Source of the DNA: Polyangiales bacterium
Lineage (GTDB): Bacteria; Myxococcota_A; Polyangia; Polyangiales; Polyangiaceae
Assembly (NCBI GenBank): GCA_038231275.1
Contig: JBBRLQ010000020.1
Coordinates: 32,001 to 96,000, forward strand
DNA: 64,000 bases
Direction: 5' to 3'
The position numbers were made by a program, and so were the translations under genes. The notes beneath the pieces were generated by a model, which saw only the letters and a program-made list of their open reading frames with translations, had not been told where the DNA came from and ran no database searches. Below, in pieces: positions 30,127 through 39,113 of this stretch (position 1 is the first letter of the stretch; every line of letters begins with the position of its first letter).

Positions 30127-30153
30127 AGAATGGGTGACATCGTCACCCATTCT
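30127..30153. promoter_or_regulatory. Perfect inverted repeat (candidate RHH operator)
   Basis: AGAATGGGTGAC-ATC-GTCACCCATTCT: perfect 12-nt arms. Confidence 0.65.
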
Positions 30154-30159
30154 GATCAT

Positions 30160-30175
30160 TGCAGCGACGATGCCA
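30160..30175 (-). promoter_or_regulatory. sigma54-type promoter for the RHH-kinase genes
   Basis: TGGCATCGTCGCTGCA (GG-N10-GC). Confidence 0.55.
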
Positions 30176-30294
30176 CTCCTCGATGAGCCGCAAAGCACCG
30201 AAGCATGGGCGCCACTGCGGCGAACGCGTCACACTCGCGCAAAGTCGCCACAAGCAGCGCACGGGTCGAGGGCTTCCGCGAGGAGCGCGACCAC

Positions 30295-30309
30295 TGGCAC
30301 GGTCGCTGC
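30295..30309 (+). promoter_or_regulatory. sigma54-type promoter
   Basis: TGGCACGGTCGCTGC (GG-N10-GC), 15 nt before the ATG at 30325. Confidence 0.55.
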
Positions 30310-30324
30310 GTAGCCAGAGAGCCG

Positions 30325-30801
30325 ATGAGGTCCACCGTCGCGGTCTTGATTGGCGTGGTCTGCCTGGTCGCGTGCGCGGCGACGCCGGAGCTCGACTACG
30401 GAGACGGCAGGGTCGAGCCGAGCATCCTGCACGCCGGTGATGGCGGAGACGGGCGAGACGATGCGGGGCGGGTCGGCGAGGCCGGCACTCCAACGACAGG
30501 AGTGGATGCGTCCGGCGCGGGCGGCGGCGACTCGGGCGGAACGCGTCCCCCTCCACCGCCGATCGATTCTGGTCACGATCCCGGAGCCGATGCCGCGGCG
30601 CCGGCCTGTCCACTCGTCGTGGCGCGGGGTGTCGACTGCTGCGCTTCGCCCACGGGCCCGCGCACCTGCGTCGGTCAGGCGTGCCTGCATTGCGCGGACT
30701 GCTTGCAATCCGGGTACAAAGCGAGCGAGTTTTGCTGCGCCAAGATGAAAAGCGACGAGAAGTACAAGGGGGTTTATTGTGCCGCTTCCTCAGGATGCTG
30801 A
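30325..30801 (+). CDS. Cys-rich lipoprotein
   Basis: Lipobox LVAC; Gly/Asp low-complexity linker; Cys-rich C-terminus. Confidence 0.7.
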   Translation: MRSTVAVLIGVVCLVACAATPELDYGDGRVEPSILHAGDGGDGRDDAGRVGEAGTPTTGVDASGAGGGDSGGTRPPPPPIDSGHDPGADAAAPACPLVVARGVDCCASPTGPRTCVGQACLHCADCLQSGYKASEFCCAKMKSDEKYKGVYCAASSGC

Positions 30802-31993
30802 CACGAGCCCCAGATCCGCGTCGACCACCGGGGCGGCGCGTGGCTCGTCCGATGCCGCGACCCGCGACACGCGGCCCATCGTCGTCGAGACCGCGGTGGA
30901 GGTCGCGCACGATGAGCGGAGCGCCCTCGGGTGGACTGCGCTCGCAGCCGTCGCGGCGATCGCGTGGATCGTCGCTCCAATCGGGATAGGCATTCTCCTA
31001 GGGACGCTCTTGGCGTTCATGGTCCAACCCGTGTTCGAGCGCCTGAAGCCGCGGCTCGGCGGCCGCGGGTCGGCGATGGCGACGGTCCTCGGCTCCACGC
31101 TGGCGCTCGGAGGAACGATCGCGGGACTTGCTTGGTTGTTCGTGGCGCGCGGTGCGGTCCTCATGCGCGAGCTCATCGCGTCGCTCGGTCCCGACGGGCG
31201 AGGAGGAGTGGATCTGAACGCGACGGGGCAGATCTTGGCGAAGCTCGGTCTTTCGGTGCCCGAGTTCACGGCGCGGATGCGCGCGCTCGCCGAGATGGCC
31301 GCCGTGCGCGCAGAGGGCTTCGCGGAGGACCTGCTCGCGACGACTGCCAGCGCGATGCTCGCCCTCTTCTTCTCGATGCTATCGCTGCACTACATCCTCC
31401 GGAACTGGCTGTCGGTCGCCCGACTCGCCGAGGAGACCTTCCCGCTGAGGCCGGACTACACCGCCGAGCTCTTCGCCGAGTTCCGCCGCGTCGGGCGCAC
31501 GAGCCTCTTCGGAACGATCGTCACCGGTCTCGCGCAGGGCGCCTTCGCGACGCTCGGGTTCTGGATCACCGGAGTGCGCGAGCCGCTCTTCTTCGGCGCC
31601 GCCACGGCGCTAGCGTCGTTGATCCCGGCTGTCGGGACGATGATCGTGTGGGTTCCAGCGGGCATCATCCTCGTCGCAGCGGGCCACCCTGCGCGCGGCG
31701 CGATCGAGCTCGCGTGGGGCGTGGTCATGGTCATCGGCGTGCCGGACTACGTGCTGCGCCCCCGGCTCATCGGCGGCGAGAGCGAGATCCCGTCGATCCT
31801 GACTTTCGCGGCACTCTTCGGCGGCGTCGAGGTCTTTGGCCTCAAGGGTCTCATCGTCGGACCGGTGGTGATGGCCGTGGCGATCGCGGTGCTGCGCCTC
31901 TACGCGAGTGAGGCAAGAAAGCGCCGCGCCGCGTTTCGTTCGCGCGCGCGCAACCAGCCCGCCGCAGGTGTGGCGGGTTCGCCGCCCACCTGA
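30779..31993 (+). CDS. AI-2E family transporter (start uncertain, possibly GTG at 30896)
   Basis: Multiple TM segments; LIPAVGT..VWVP, DYVLRP.LIG, GGVEVFGLKGLIVGP. Confidence 0.88.
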   Translation: MPLPQDADTSPRSASTTGAARGSSDAATRDTRPIVVETAVEVAHDERSALGWTALAAVAAIAWIVAPIGIGILLGTLLAFMVQPVFERLKPRLGGRGSAMATVLGSTLALGGTIAGLAWLFVARGAVLMRELIASLGPDGRGGVDLNATGQILAKLGLSVPEFTARMRALAEMAAVRAEGFAEDLLATTASAMLALFFSMLSLHYILRNWLSVARLAEETFPLRPDYTAELFAEFRRVGRTSLFGTIVTGLAQGAFATLGFWITGVREPLFFGAATALASLIPAVGTMIVWVPAGIILVAAGHPARGAIELAWGVVMVIGVPDYVLRPRLIGGESEIPSILTFAALFGGVEVFGLKGLIVGPVVMAVAIAVLRLYASEARKRRAAFRSRARNQPAAGVAGSPPT

Positions 31994-32036
31994 CGCCTCT
32001 TGCGCGGCAACCCGCGAGAGTGCACGCGCACGAGCT

Positions 32037-32053
32037 GGGCATTCGCCGTGCAA
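32037..32053 (+). promoter_or_regulatory. Possible sigma54-type promoter
   Basis: GGGCATTCGCCGTGCAA (GG-N10-GC) upstream of the ATG at 32075. Confidence 0.4.
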
Positions 32054-32074
32054 TGCGATCGCGCGGGGCTCAAC

Positions 32075-32809
32075 ATGAGATTCTTGAAGATCGGTTCCGC
32101 TCTCGTGCCCATCCTCGGGCTCGGCTTCGTCGTCGCGTGCAGCTCGAGCAAAGGCTCGTCGTCGGCGAGCGCGCCGAGCACTGCGGGCGATGCGGGCGTC
32201 GCGTCGGGCGACTCGGCCGCGCCGGGCGATCCGCCGACCGCGAGCGCCGCCGTGTGCGGGGCGCTGATCGCGTTCGATCAGCGGTGCTCGGACACCGCCG
32301 AGATGCGCTCGAAGGCGTGCGGCGACGGCCGCAAGACCACGTGCGACGCGTGGACCAATACGATGGGCTCCGCCTACCGCGCCGCGGTTACCGCTTGCTA
32401 CACCGGAACGGTCGGATGCAACGACATCGACGCTTGCATGAGCGAGAAGCTCACGCCGACTCAGCCGACCGCGGCCATGCTGAAGGTTCGCGACGACTAC
32501 TGCGCGACGTGCGGCACCGAAGTGGGCGCCAGCTGCCACGACGACTTTTACAAGATCTCGAAGGACGAGGGGAACGGCGACGGCTTCCTCGTGCTCCAGG
32601 TGAGCGACGCGGTCGCCGCCGCCATCGACGCGAAGTGCACCGGCTCCGCGCTTCATCCCGCCGACCTCGGCGCCACCACCTGCCGCGACGGCTTCCTGTA
32701 TTGCGCCACGAACGAGCAGCAAAATGCAGGGCCGGGGCTCCCCGACTCTTGTTTCGCTCCGGCGCCGCCCGACGACGGTGGCACCACCGACGACGGCGGC
32801 ACGGACTGA
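32075..32809 (+). CDS. Cys-rich lipoprotein
   Basis: Lipobox VVAC-SSS; more than 12 Cys. Confidence 0.75.
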   Translation: MRFLKIGSALVPILGLGFVVACSSSKGSSSASAPSTAGDAGVASGDSAAPGDPPTASAAVCGALIAFDQRCSDTAEMRSKACGDGRKTTCDAWTNTMGSAYRAAVTACYTGTVGCNDIDACMSEKLTPTQPTAAMLKVRDDYCATCGTEVGASCHDDFYKISKDEGNGDGFLVLQVSDAVAAAIDAKCTGSALHPADLGATTCRDGFLYCATNEQQNAGPGLPDSCFAPAPPDDGGTTDDGGTD

Positions 32810-33090
32810 CAAAGTGCTCGCGGCCTTCAAGGAGGCGGAGCGGGCGCGAGTAGCTGCGCCGGGATCGCAGGCGATGGCCGAACCAGGCCTGCCTCGCGAA
32901 CCGGCGTTGTTTTCGTGCGCCTGGGCACTACGGTCTTATTTAAATTAAATACACGTCGAGGACCTGGCGGAGCGCGCTGCGCTTCCCGCATCAGGTCCTC
33001 GATCGCATCGCCTCGTGCTCGCTCTTTCGTCGCGGAGGCCTGTCCGCGACGAGATGAGTCTTCGACGTCCGTCCTTCGACGCGCGACGGT

Positions 33091-33417
33091 TCACGCGTCC
33101 GAGATACGCTCACGCTCGGTCTCGGGGCCGGCCGCCTCGAGCTGCTCTTCCGACGACTCGGCCTCGGGCACCGGCGGCGGCGGAGCGCTGCTCTTCTTGG
33201 TTCGAGGGCGATGCGGCGCGAGGCCGCCCTTGCGTCCCGCGACGCGCGCCTTCTCGGAGGTGAACTCGTGGGCAGTTCCGGCGCTGTGCGCCGCCTTTCC
33301 GCCCAGACTGGCGATCGCGCGAACGCGGTCGGCGTCCATCACGGCGAAGCCGCGGCGCGCGCGCGGGCGCGGTGCGGGGGGCTTGGCGCCCGTTTGATCG
33401 TTCGTGGTGTCTTCCAT
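33091..33417 (-). CDS. KGG-motif general stress protein
   Basis: RGFAVMD..RVRAIASLGGKAAH..AHEFTSEKARVAGRKGG. Confidence 0.85.
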   Translation of the reverse strand: MEDTTNDQTGAKPPAPRPRARRGFAVMDADRVRAIASLGGKAAHSAGTAHEFTSEKARVAGRKGGLAPHRPRTKKSSAPPPPVPEAESSEEQLEAAGPETERERISDA

Positions 33418-33785
33418 CGGCGAATGGTGCGCGTTGCTGTTCACGTCGGTCCTCTCTTTCTCTCGTTGTCGCTCGTGGCGTGTGGTCGCATGCGCGTCCG
33501 TCGTGGGCCTTCCCGCGTGAGTGCGCGAAACCATCCATCAGCACGACGCGTACCAAGCCGCGACGCGCCTCGAAATTCGGCGCCCGCCGCCCGACGTCCC
33601 CCTGTTCGGCGGCAAAAGCCCATGCGCGAGGCATCCTTTGATGTGGCGACGTTGCGCATGCGTGGCGTCCTGCCACATTGGCTGGCGCCCTCCGAATCGG
33701 GGCGACGAGCAGGTGACGTCGAATCACTTCGACGACGTCACGTATCCGTTTGCGTCCGCCCGCAATCGTGATCAAAGTAGGCCGG

Positions 33786-34211
33786 ATGGCGACGACGTCT
33801 GGGGTTCGTTCGCGGCGCCGGCGCATTCTCCTTGCCGAGGACAACCGCGACGAGCGCCAGATGTACGCGTCACGCATGCGAGAGGCGGGCTGGGACGTCG
33901 ACGAGATCGAGTCTGGCGCCGGCGCCCTCGAAGCGGCGGTCGCGGGCATGCCCGACGTCGTGATCACGGATCTGACCATGCCTGGAGTGGACGGCGCCGA
34001 AGCGACGCGACTCCTCAAGACGGACTCGCGCACCCGGCACATCCCGGTCGTCGTGCTCTCGGGCTTCCCCGAGCGGTCTTATGAGGCGTACCGCGCTGGT
34101 TGCCACACGTTCCTCAGCAAGCCGTGCCTCGTCGAGACCTTGCTCGAGATCATGGATGCGATGGGCCGCGAGGAGGCCCCGTCATCGCCGTCGCCTACGG
34201 GCGGCGGCTGA
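33786..34211 (+). CDS. Single-domain response regulator
   Basis: ILLAEDN, VVITDLTMPG, FLSKP. Confidence 0.88.
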   Translation: MATTSGVRSRRRRILLAEDNRDERQMYASRMREAGWDVDEIESGAGALEAAVAGMPDVVITDLTMPGVDGAEATRLLKTDSRTRHIPVVVLSGFPERSYEAYRAGCHTFLSKPCLVETLLEIMDAMGREEAPSSPSPTGGG

Positions 34212-34334
34212 TCGCGCGAGCCACATTTGCGCCACGACGCGCGCTTCTGCACCGCGCACCGCGCCGCCGTCGATGGCAAGCTCGGGGGATGCAACGAGCT
34301 CGTCCGAGGGCCCGCTTCTTGAAAGGCGGCCTTC

Positions 34335-34967
34335 ATGGACTCGACGAACGGCCTTTGTAGTCTGAGAGACGGCGTCGACGCGCTGGTCATGAGCGCCGCG
34401 TGGCGTCCCGCCGCGCTCGACGTCTTGCGCGGCGCACGTGAGGGGTGGACGCCCGCGGATCTCGCACGCTGGCTCCTGGGACCGTACACGCACGCTACGT
34501 CGCATGTACCGCGCGACGCAGACGACGGGCTCGCGGAGACCACACCTCCGCGCGGCGTCGACACCCGCCGAGTGTCCGAGGTCTTGTCGTCTTCGGCGAG
34601 CGACGTGGTGGACGCACTCGAGTGCGTGCGCTCACGCGGGACCGTGGAGTTCGTCCGGGCGGCGATCGACCAGGGCGCGATCGTCCCCACGTGGGACGGG
34701 TTCTGGCTCCCGATCGACAAGCCGCGCATGCTCCTGAGCGATCGCGTCTTGTCGCTCTTCGCCGCCGACTACCTCCTGCGTCCTCGCGACTACGTCACCG
34801 ATCTCGAGATCTGCGCGAAGTGCCGCGGCGTCGTGTTCGATCGCGCGGCGCGCCAGGCTGGCCTTTGCGGCGCGCATCGCATCCACGACCTCGTCGAAGT
34901 TCTTCGGCCCGCGAGCCGGCCTCCCCCGCCTCATTCGTACGCCGCGGCGGCTCACCGGATCTCGTAG
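34335..34967 (+). CDS. Hypothetical protein with C-terminal putative Zn finger
   Basis: CAKC..CGAH spacing; protein-like composition. Confidence 0.55.
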   Translation: MDSTNGLCSLRDGVDALVMSAAWRPAALDVLRGAREGWTPADLARWLLGPYTHATSHVPRDADDGLAETTPPRGVDTRRVSEVLSSSASDVVDALECVRSRGTVEFVRAAIDQGAIVPTWDGFWLPIDKPRMLLSDRVLSLFAADYLLRPRDYVTDLEICAKCRGVVFDRAARQAGLCGAHRIHDLVEVLRPASRPPPPHSYAAAAHRIS

Positions 34968-35227
34968 CGCTTTTCGACCGTAAGCTCGACCGGCTCCGGA
35001 TCGGGCGCGCTCGGATCGACCGGCACTGGCTCGTCGGCGCGCGGCGTGAAGCGCGTATCGCCGTACTTCGGAGGTGCGGCGCCCGCGTCGCCGATCTCCG
35101 CGCTCGACACCATCGTCTGCGACGGGGCGCCAGGGTCGGGGGCAAGCGGACCCGGGCCAGGCCAAGGCGCGCTCTTGCAAGCGACAGGGCCCAGCGTGAG
35201 AACGGCGACGACGATGAGCTGACGCAT
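34952..35227 (-). CDS. Small lipoprotein
   Basis: MRQLIVVAVLTLGPVAC lipobox; Pro-rich. Confidence 0.55.
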   Translation of the reverse strand: MRQLIVVAVLTLGPVACKSAPWPGPGPLAPDPGAPSQTMVSSAEIGDAGAAPPKYGDTRFTPRADEPVPVDPSAPDPEPVELTVEKRYEIR

Positions 35228-35270
35228 ACGACTCACCACAGCAAAGGTCATGCGCGCCGAACGCTCGCGC

Positions 35271-36419
35271 TCACGTCAGCAGGGCTCTCGCGATCACGAG
35301 GCGCTGCACCTCACTCGTCCCTTCGTAGATCATCGTGACGCGCACGTCGCGGAGGTGACGCTCTGCGGCGAACTCGCGGATGTAGCCGTAGCCGCCGTGG
35401 ATCTGGACTGCCATGTTCGCGATGCGGTTGGCGGCCTCCGTCGCGAAGACTTTGCTCATCGACGCTTCGCGCGAGAAGACGCGCTTGTTCTCTTTGAGCC
35501 ACGCCGCCCTCATGCAGAGCAGGTGCGCCGCGTCGAGCTGCGTGCGCATATCGGCGAGCTTCCACTGGATGGCCTGGAACTCGGCGATGGCCTTTCCGAA
35601 CTGCTTCCGATCGCGTGCATACTGCACGCTCTCCTCGAGCGCCGCGCGCGCGATGCCGATCGCCTGCGCGCTGATGCCGATTCGCCCGCCGTCGAGCGCC
35701 ATCATCGCGATCTTGAAGCCGCCGTGAAGCTGACCGAGGAGCGCGTCCTCCGGGACTCTGCAGCCGTCGAAGGTGAGCGGCACCGTGTTCGAGCCGCGGA
35801 TCCCCATCTTGTCCTCGGCGCGTCCGACCTTGAGGCCTGGCGTGCCGCCCTCGACGAGGAAGCACGAGATGCCGCGCGTTCCGGGGTGCGTGTCCTTCGG
35901 GGCGGTGCGCGCCCACACGACCATGACGCCCGCGTGGGCGCCGCTCGTGATCCACTGCTTGGTGCCGTCGATGACCCACGCGTCGCCGTCCTTGCGTGCG
36001 ACGGTGCCCATGCCGCCGGGATCGCTCCCCGCGTCCGACTCGGAGAGCGCGAATGCGCCCGCGATCCACTCTCCGCTCGCGAGCTTGGGGCAGCAGCGCT
36101 GCTTCTGCGCGTCGGTGCCGAACGCGGCAATGACCTCGCCGACCATGTTCGTGACGGCCATCGTCACCGCCGTCGACGCGCACGCCCGCGCGACCTCCTG
36201 CATCGCGAGCGCGTAGGACACCACGCCGGCGCCGGAGCCTCCGACCTCCTCCGGCACGTTCACCGCCATGAGACCGAGGTCGGCGAGGCCCTTCAGGATC
36301 TCTCGAGGAAATCGCTCCTTTTCGTCGATCTCGCGGGCCACCGGCGCGATGACGCGCGTGGCGAACTCGCGGGCGGTGTCCTGAACGAGCTTCTGCGTTT
36401 CGCTGAGAGAGAGGTCCAT
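35271..36419 (-). CDS. Acyl-CoA dehydrogenase
   Basis: FALSESDAGSD, GTKQWITSG, LDGGRIGI, QIHGGYGY, IYEGTSEVQR. Confidence 0.96.
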   Translation of the reverse strand: MDLSLSETQKLVQDTAREFATRVIAPVAREIDEKERFPREILKGLADLGLMAVNVPEEVGGSGAGVVSYALAMQEVARACASTAVTMAVTNMVGEVIAAFGTDAQKQRCCPKLASGEWIAGAFALSESDAGSDPGGMGTVARKDGDAWVIDGTKQWITSGAHAGVMVVWARTAPKDTHPGTRGISCFLVEGGTPGLKVGRAEDKMGIRGSNTVPLTFDGCRVPEDALLGQLHGGFKIAMMALDGGRIGISAQAIGIARAALEESVQYARDRKQFGKAIAEFQAIQWKLADMRTQLDAAHLLCMRAAWLKENKRVFSREASMSKVFATEAANRIANMAVQIHGGYGYIREFAAERHLRDVRVTMIYEGTSEVQRLVIARALLT

Positions 36420-36423
36420 GGGA

Positions 36424-37131
36424 TCAGATCCTGAACTCCACTTTGGCGCCCCAGCTGCCGGGGCTCGGCATCTTCCACCCCTTCACTTCACCCACGATGC
36501 AGTCGACCTTGTCGGACGCCTCCTTGGACGGGGCCGAGACGCCGACCGCTTGGACCTTGCCGTCTTTGTGGTGCGGCGCGACGTAGAGGGTGACGTGGAA
36601 CGTGGCCTTCACGCTCCCTTTGCACTTGTGCAGATCCTTTTCGTTCTTCCCGAGGATCGCGGCGATCTTGTCGGTGGGCCACGACGCGGGCGCGCGCCCT
36701 TCCGGATCGAAGCCGAGCGAGTTGCGGACTTCGGCGTCGCCTCCGTCGGGCTTCGGCCACTTGGTGGCGGTGACGACGTCGAGCATGCATTTTTCGGTGT
36801 CACGGTCGCCGAGGTTCGAGTCTTCGAGGAACGTCCATTTGACGCCACCGTCGGGGCCGACGCGAACGAAGAACTTCACGTCGCCGTGCAGGTACTCGAC
36901 GCGCTCTAGACCGGCTTTGCGGCAGCTCTCGAAATCGCCGTGGAGGCGGTTCCACGTCTTTTGGACCTCTGCCGGATCGATCGATCCGAGCTCTTGAGCG
37001 ACCGCCAGCTTCGGACGCTCGGGCTCGCGCGCGGTGATGGGCTCGGGGTCGGGCTGCTTCGCTTCGAGCTTCTCGCCGCCGCACGACGCGATGGCGAGCG
37101 GCGCCATGAGGAGCGCGGCGTACGGCTTCAT
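36424..37131 (-). CDS. Lipoprotein with tandem TonB-C/AgmX-PglI-like domains
   Basis: Lipobox IASC; two repeats of C..G.V.F.V..DG.V..C..WPKP / WKMPSP. Confidence 0.65.
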   Translation of the reverse strand: MKPYAALLMAPLAIASCGGEKLEAKQPDPEPITAREPERPKLAVAQELGSIDPAEVQKTWNRLHGDFESCRKAGLERVEYLHGDVKFFVRVGPDGGVKWTFLEDSNLGDRDTEKCMLDVVTATKWPKPDGGDAEVRNSLGFDPEGRAPASWPTDKIAAILGKNEKDLHKCKGSVKATFHVTLYVAPHHKDGKVQAVGVSAPSKEASDKVDCIVGEVKGWKMPSPGSWGAKVEFRI

Positions 37132-37135
37132 CGCG

Positions 37136-38278
37136 TCAGCCCTTGAGGACGCTGGCGGCGATGACGATGCGCTGAATCTCGCTCGTTCCCTCGTAGATCT
37201 CGGTGATGCGCGCGTCGCGGTAGTGGCGCTCGACGGGGAACTCCGACGAGTAGCCGTAGCCGCCGTGGATCTGGATGGCCTTGTGCGCCACGCGCGTCGC
37301 CATCTCGCTCGCGAAGAGCTTCGCCTCGGCGGACTCCATCGTGTGGCGCGTCTTCTTGTCCTTCATCGTGGCCGCGCGCCACGTGAGGAGGCGCGCCGCG
37401 TCGAGCTCGGTCGCCATGTCGGAGAGCATGAACTGGATCGCCTGGTGCTGCGCGATCGGGACGCCGAAGCTCTTTCGCTCCTTTGCGTAGCCGACGCTGG
37501 TGCCGAGCGCCGCCTTCGCGATGCCGAGCGCTTGGCTCGCAATGCCGATGCGCCCGCCGTCGAGCGTCGCCATCGCGACCTTGAAGCCTTCACCCACGTT
37601 GCCGACCACCGCGCTCTCGGGGAGCTCGCAGCCCTCGAAGAACACCGTGCACGAGTGCGCGGCGTGGATTCCCAGCTTGTGGTCGCGCGGGTTCTGCGTG
37701 AAGCCCGGCGTGCCCTTGGGAATGAGGAAGGCGGTGTGCTTGATCTTCGGTCCCGAGCGATCGGTGACGGCGAACAGCAGGATGTAGTCGGCGTGGGGGC
37801 CGTTGGTGATCCAGTTCTTGGCGCCGTTGATGACCCAACCGCCGCTCGTCTTCTCGGCGCTCGTGGCCATCGTCTGGGCGTCGGAGCCGCTCATCGGCTC
37901 GGTGAGGCCGAAACAGCCGAGCTTCTTTCCGCTCGCGCACTCGGTGAGCGCCTCCTTCTTCTGCGCGTCGGTGCCGAACTTGAGGAGGGGGTCGCAGAAG
38001 AGCGAGTTGTTGACGCTCATGATGACGCCGCATGAGGCGCACGCGGCGCTGATCTCCTCCATCGCGAGGGCGTAGGAGAGCGTGTCCATCCCGGCGCCGC
38101 CGTACTCGGTGGGCACGGCCATTCCGAGGAAGCCGAGCTCCCCCATCTGCTTCACGATTTCGGCGGGCCAGCGGCCGTTCTTGTCGAGCTCGGCGGCCTT
38201 GGGCGCGACCTCGCGGGCCGCGAAATCACGGGCGGTCTGCTGGATGAGGCGCTGCTCCTCGGTGAAGTCGAAGTCCAT
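37136..38278 (-). CDS. Acyl-CoA dehydrogenase (short-chain type)
   Basis: FGLTEPMSGSD, GAKNWITNG, LDGGRIGIA, QIHGGYGY, IYEGTSEIQR. Confidence 0.96.
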   Translation of the reverse strand: MDFDFTEEQRLIQQTARDFAAREVAPKAAELDKNGRWPAEIVKQMGELGFLGMAVPTEYGGAGMDTLSYALAMEEISAACASCGVIMSVNNSLFCDPLLKFGTDAQKKEALTECASGKKLGCFGLTEPMSGSDAQTMATSAEKTSGGWVINGAKNWITNGPHADYILLFAVTDRSGPKIKHTAFLIPKGTPGFTQNPRDHKLGIHAAHSCTVFFEGCELPESAVVGNVGEGFKVAMATLDGGRIGIASQALGIAKAALGTSVGYAKERKSFGVPIAQHQAIQFMLSDMATELDAARLLTWRAATMKDKKTRHTMESAEAKLFASEMATRVAHKAIQIHGGYGYSSEFPVERHYRDARITEIYEGTSEIQRIVIAASVLKG

Positions 38279-38327
38279 TGGAAGGACAGTAGTACCCGCG
38301 CGACGCAGTTGGAAGCGTCAGGTGCCT

Positions 38328-39110
38328 TCAGGGAGGCGCGATTTCGACGAGGCCGGGGACCTCTGCTGCGCGATCACGAAGGCGAGGCTTGGGGCGCACC
38401 GCGACCGGAATTTTCGACTCGCGGAGCATCGCCACGTCGAACGCGTTGTCGCCGAACGCGGCGTAGAGCGTGCGCTCGCCGACGGCGCGGCGGATCGCGG
38501 CGACCTTGCCGTGGCCGTAGGGGATGGGGCGCTCGACAGCCGCGAGCATGCGATCGCCGTCGAAGCGGGACGTGGCGGCGAGAACGTGCGACGCGTCGAC
38601 GCCCGCGCATCGCACCGCTTCTTCGACGACCGCACGCGGCGAGGCGCTCACGACGAGCACCTCCACGCCGCTCGCGCGCGCCCACGCGAGCGTCTCGGTC
38701 ACCTCGGGGTGGAGGCGCGCCGTGAGGCCGACCGCGCCGATCACATCGCGCGCGAACGACGCGACCTCGTCACGCATCCAGCCGGCGAAGGCCCACGTCA
38801 TCATCTCGCACACGAGCTCTTCGGGGTACGTGTGCGCGAGGTACGCGTCGTAGATGCGTCGCGCGATCTCTTGCGCGGTGCCGCCGTCGTCCACGCCGTG
38901 CGCCTTTGCGTCGACGCGGAGCTGCGCGTGCGCGGGCGCGAGGAACGGCCCCTTCGCGACGAGCGCGTGGAACAGATCTTCGCCCACGTCCCCGCTCCAC
39001 AGCGTGCCGTCGCCGTCGCATGCGAGCACGCCGCCCGGAGACACGTCGCGCGCCTCGGCGATCCGGCGCTGCACGTCGCTCCTCGTTTGCGTCTCCACGG
39101 GCGGCAGCAT
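38328..39110 (-). CDS. HAD-superfamily hydrolase
   Basis: DGDGTLW (motif I), VVSAS (II), GK (III), GDNAFD (IV). Confidence 0.88.
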   Translation of the reverse strand: MLPPVETQTRSDVQRRIAEARDVSPGGVLACDGDGTLWSGDVGEDLFHALVAKGPFLAPAHAQLRVDAKAHGVDDGGTAQEIARRIYDAYLAHTYPEELVCEMMTWAFAGWMRDEVASFARDVIGAVGLTARLHPEVTETLAWARASGVEVLVVSASPRAVVEEAVRCAGVDASHVLAATSRFDGDRMLAAVERPIPYGHGKVAAIRRAVGERTLYAAFGDNAFDVAMLRESKIPVAVRPKPRLRDRAAEVPGLVEIAPP

Positions 39111-39113
39111 ACC

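Noticed and set aside
35271..38278. Two acyl-CoA dehydrogenases as a recent duplication or special pathway
   Set aside because: They are clearly diverged ordinary paralogs with intact motifs, and no biosynthetic cluster genes are nearby.
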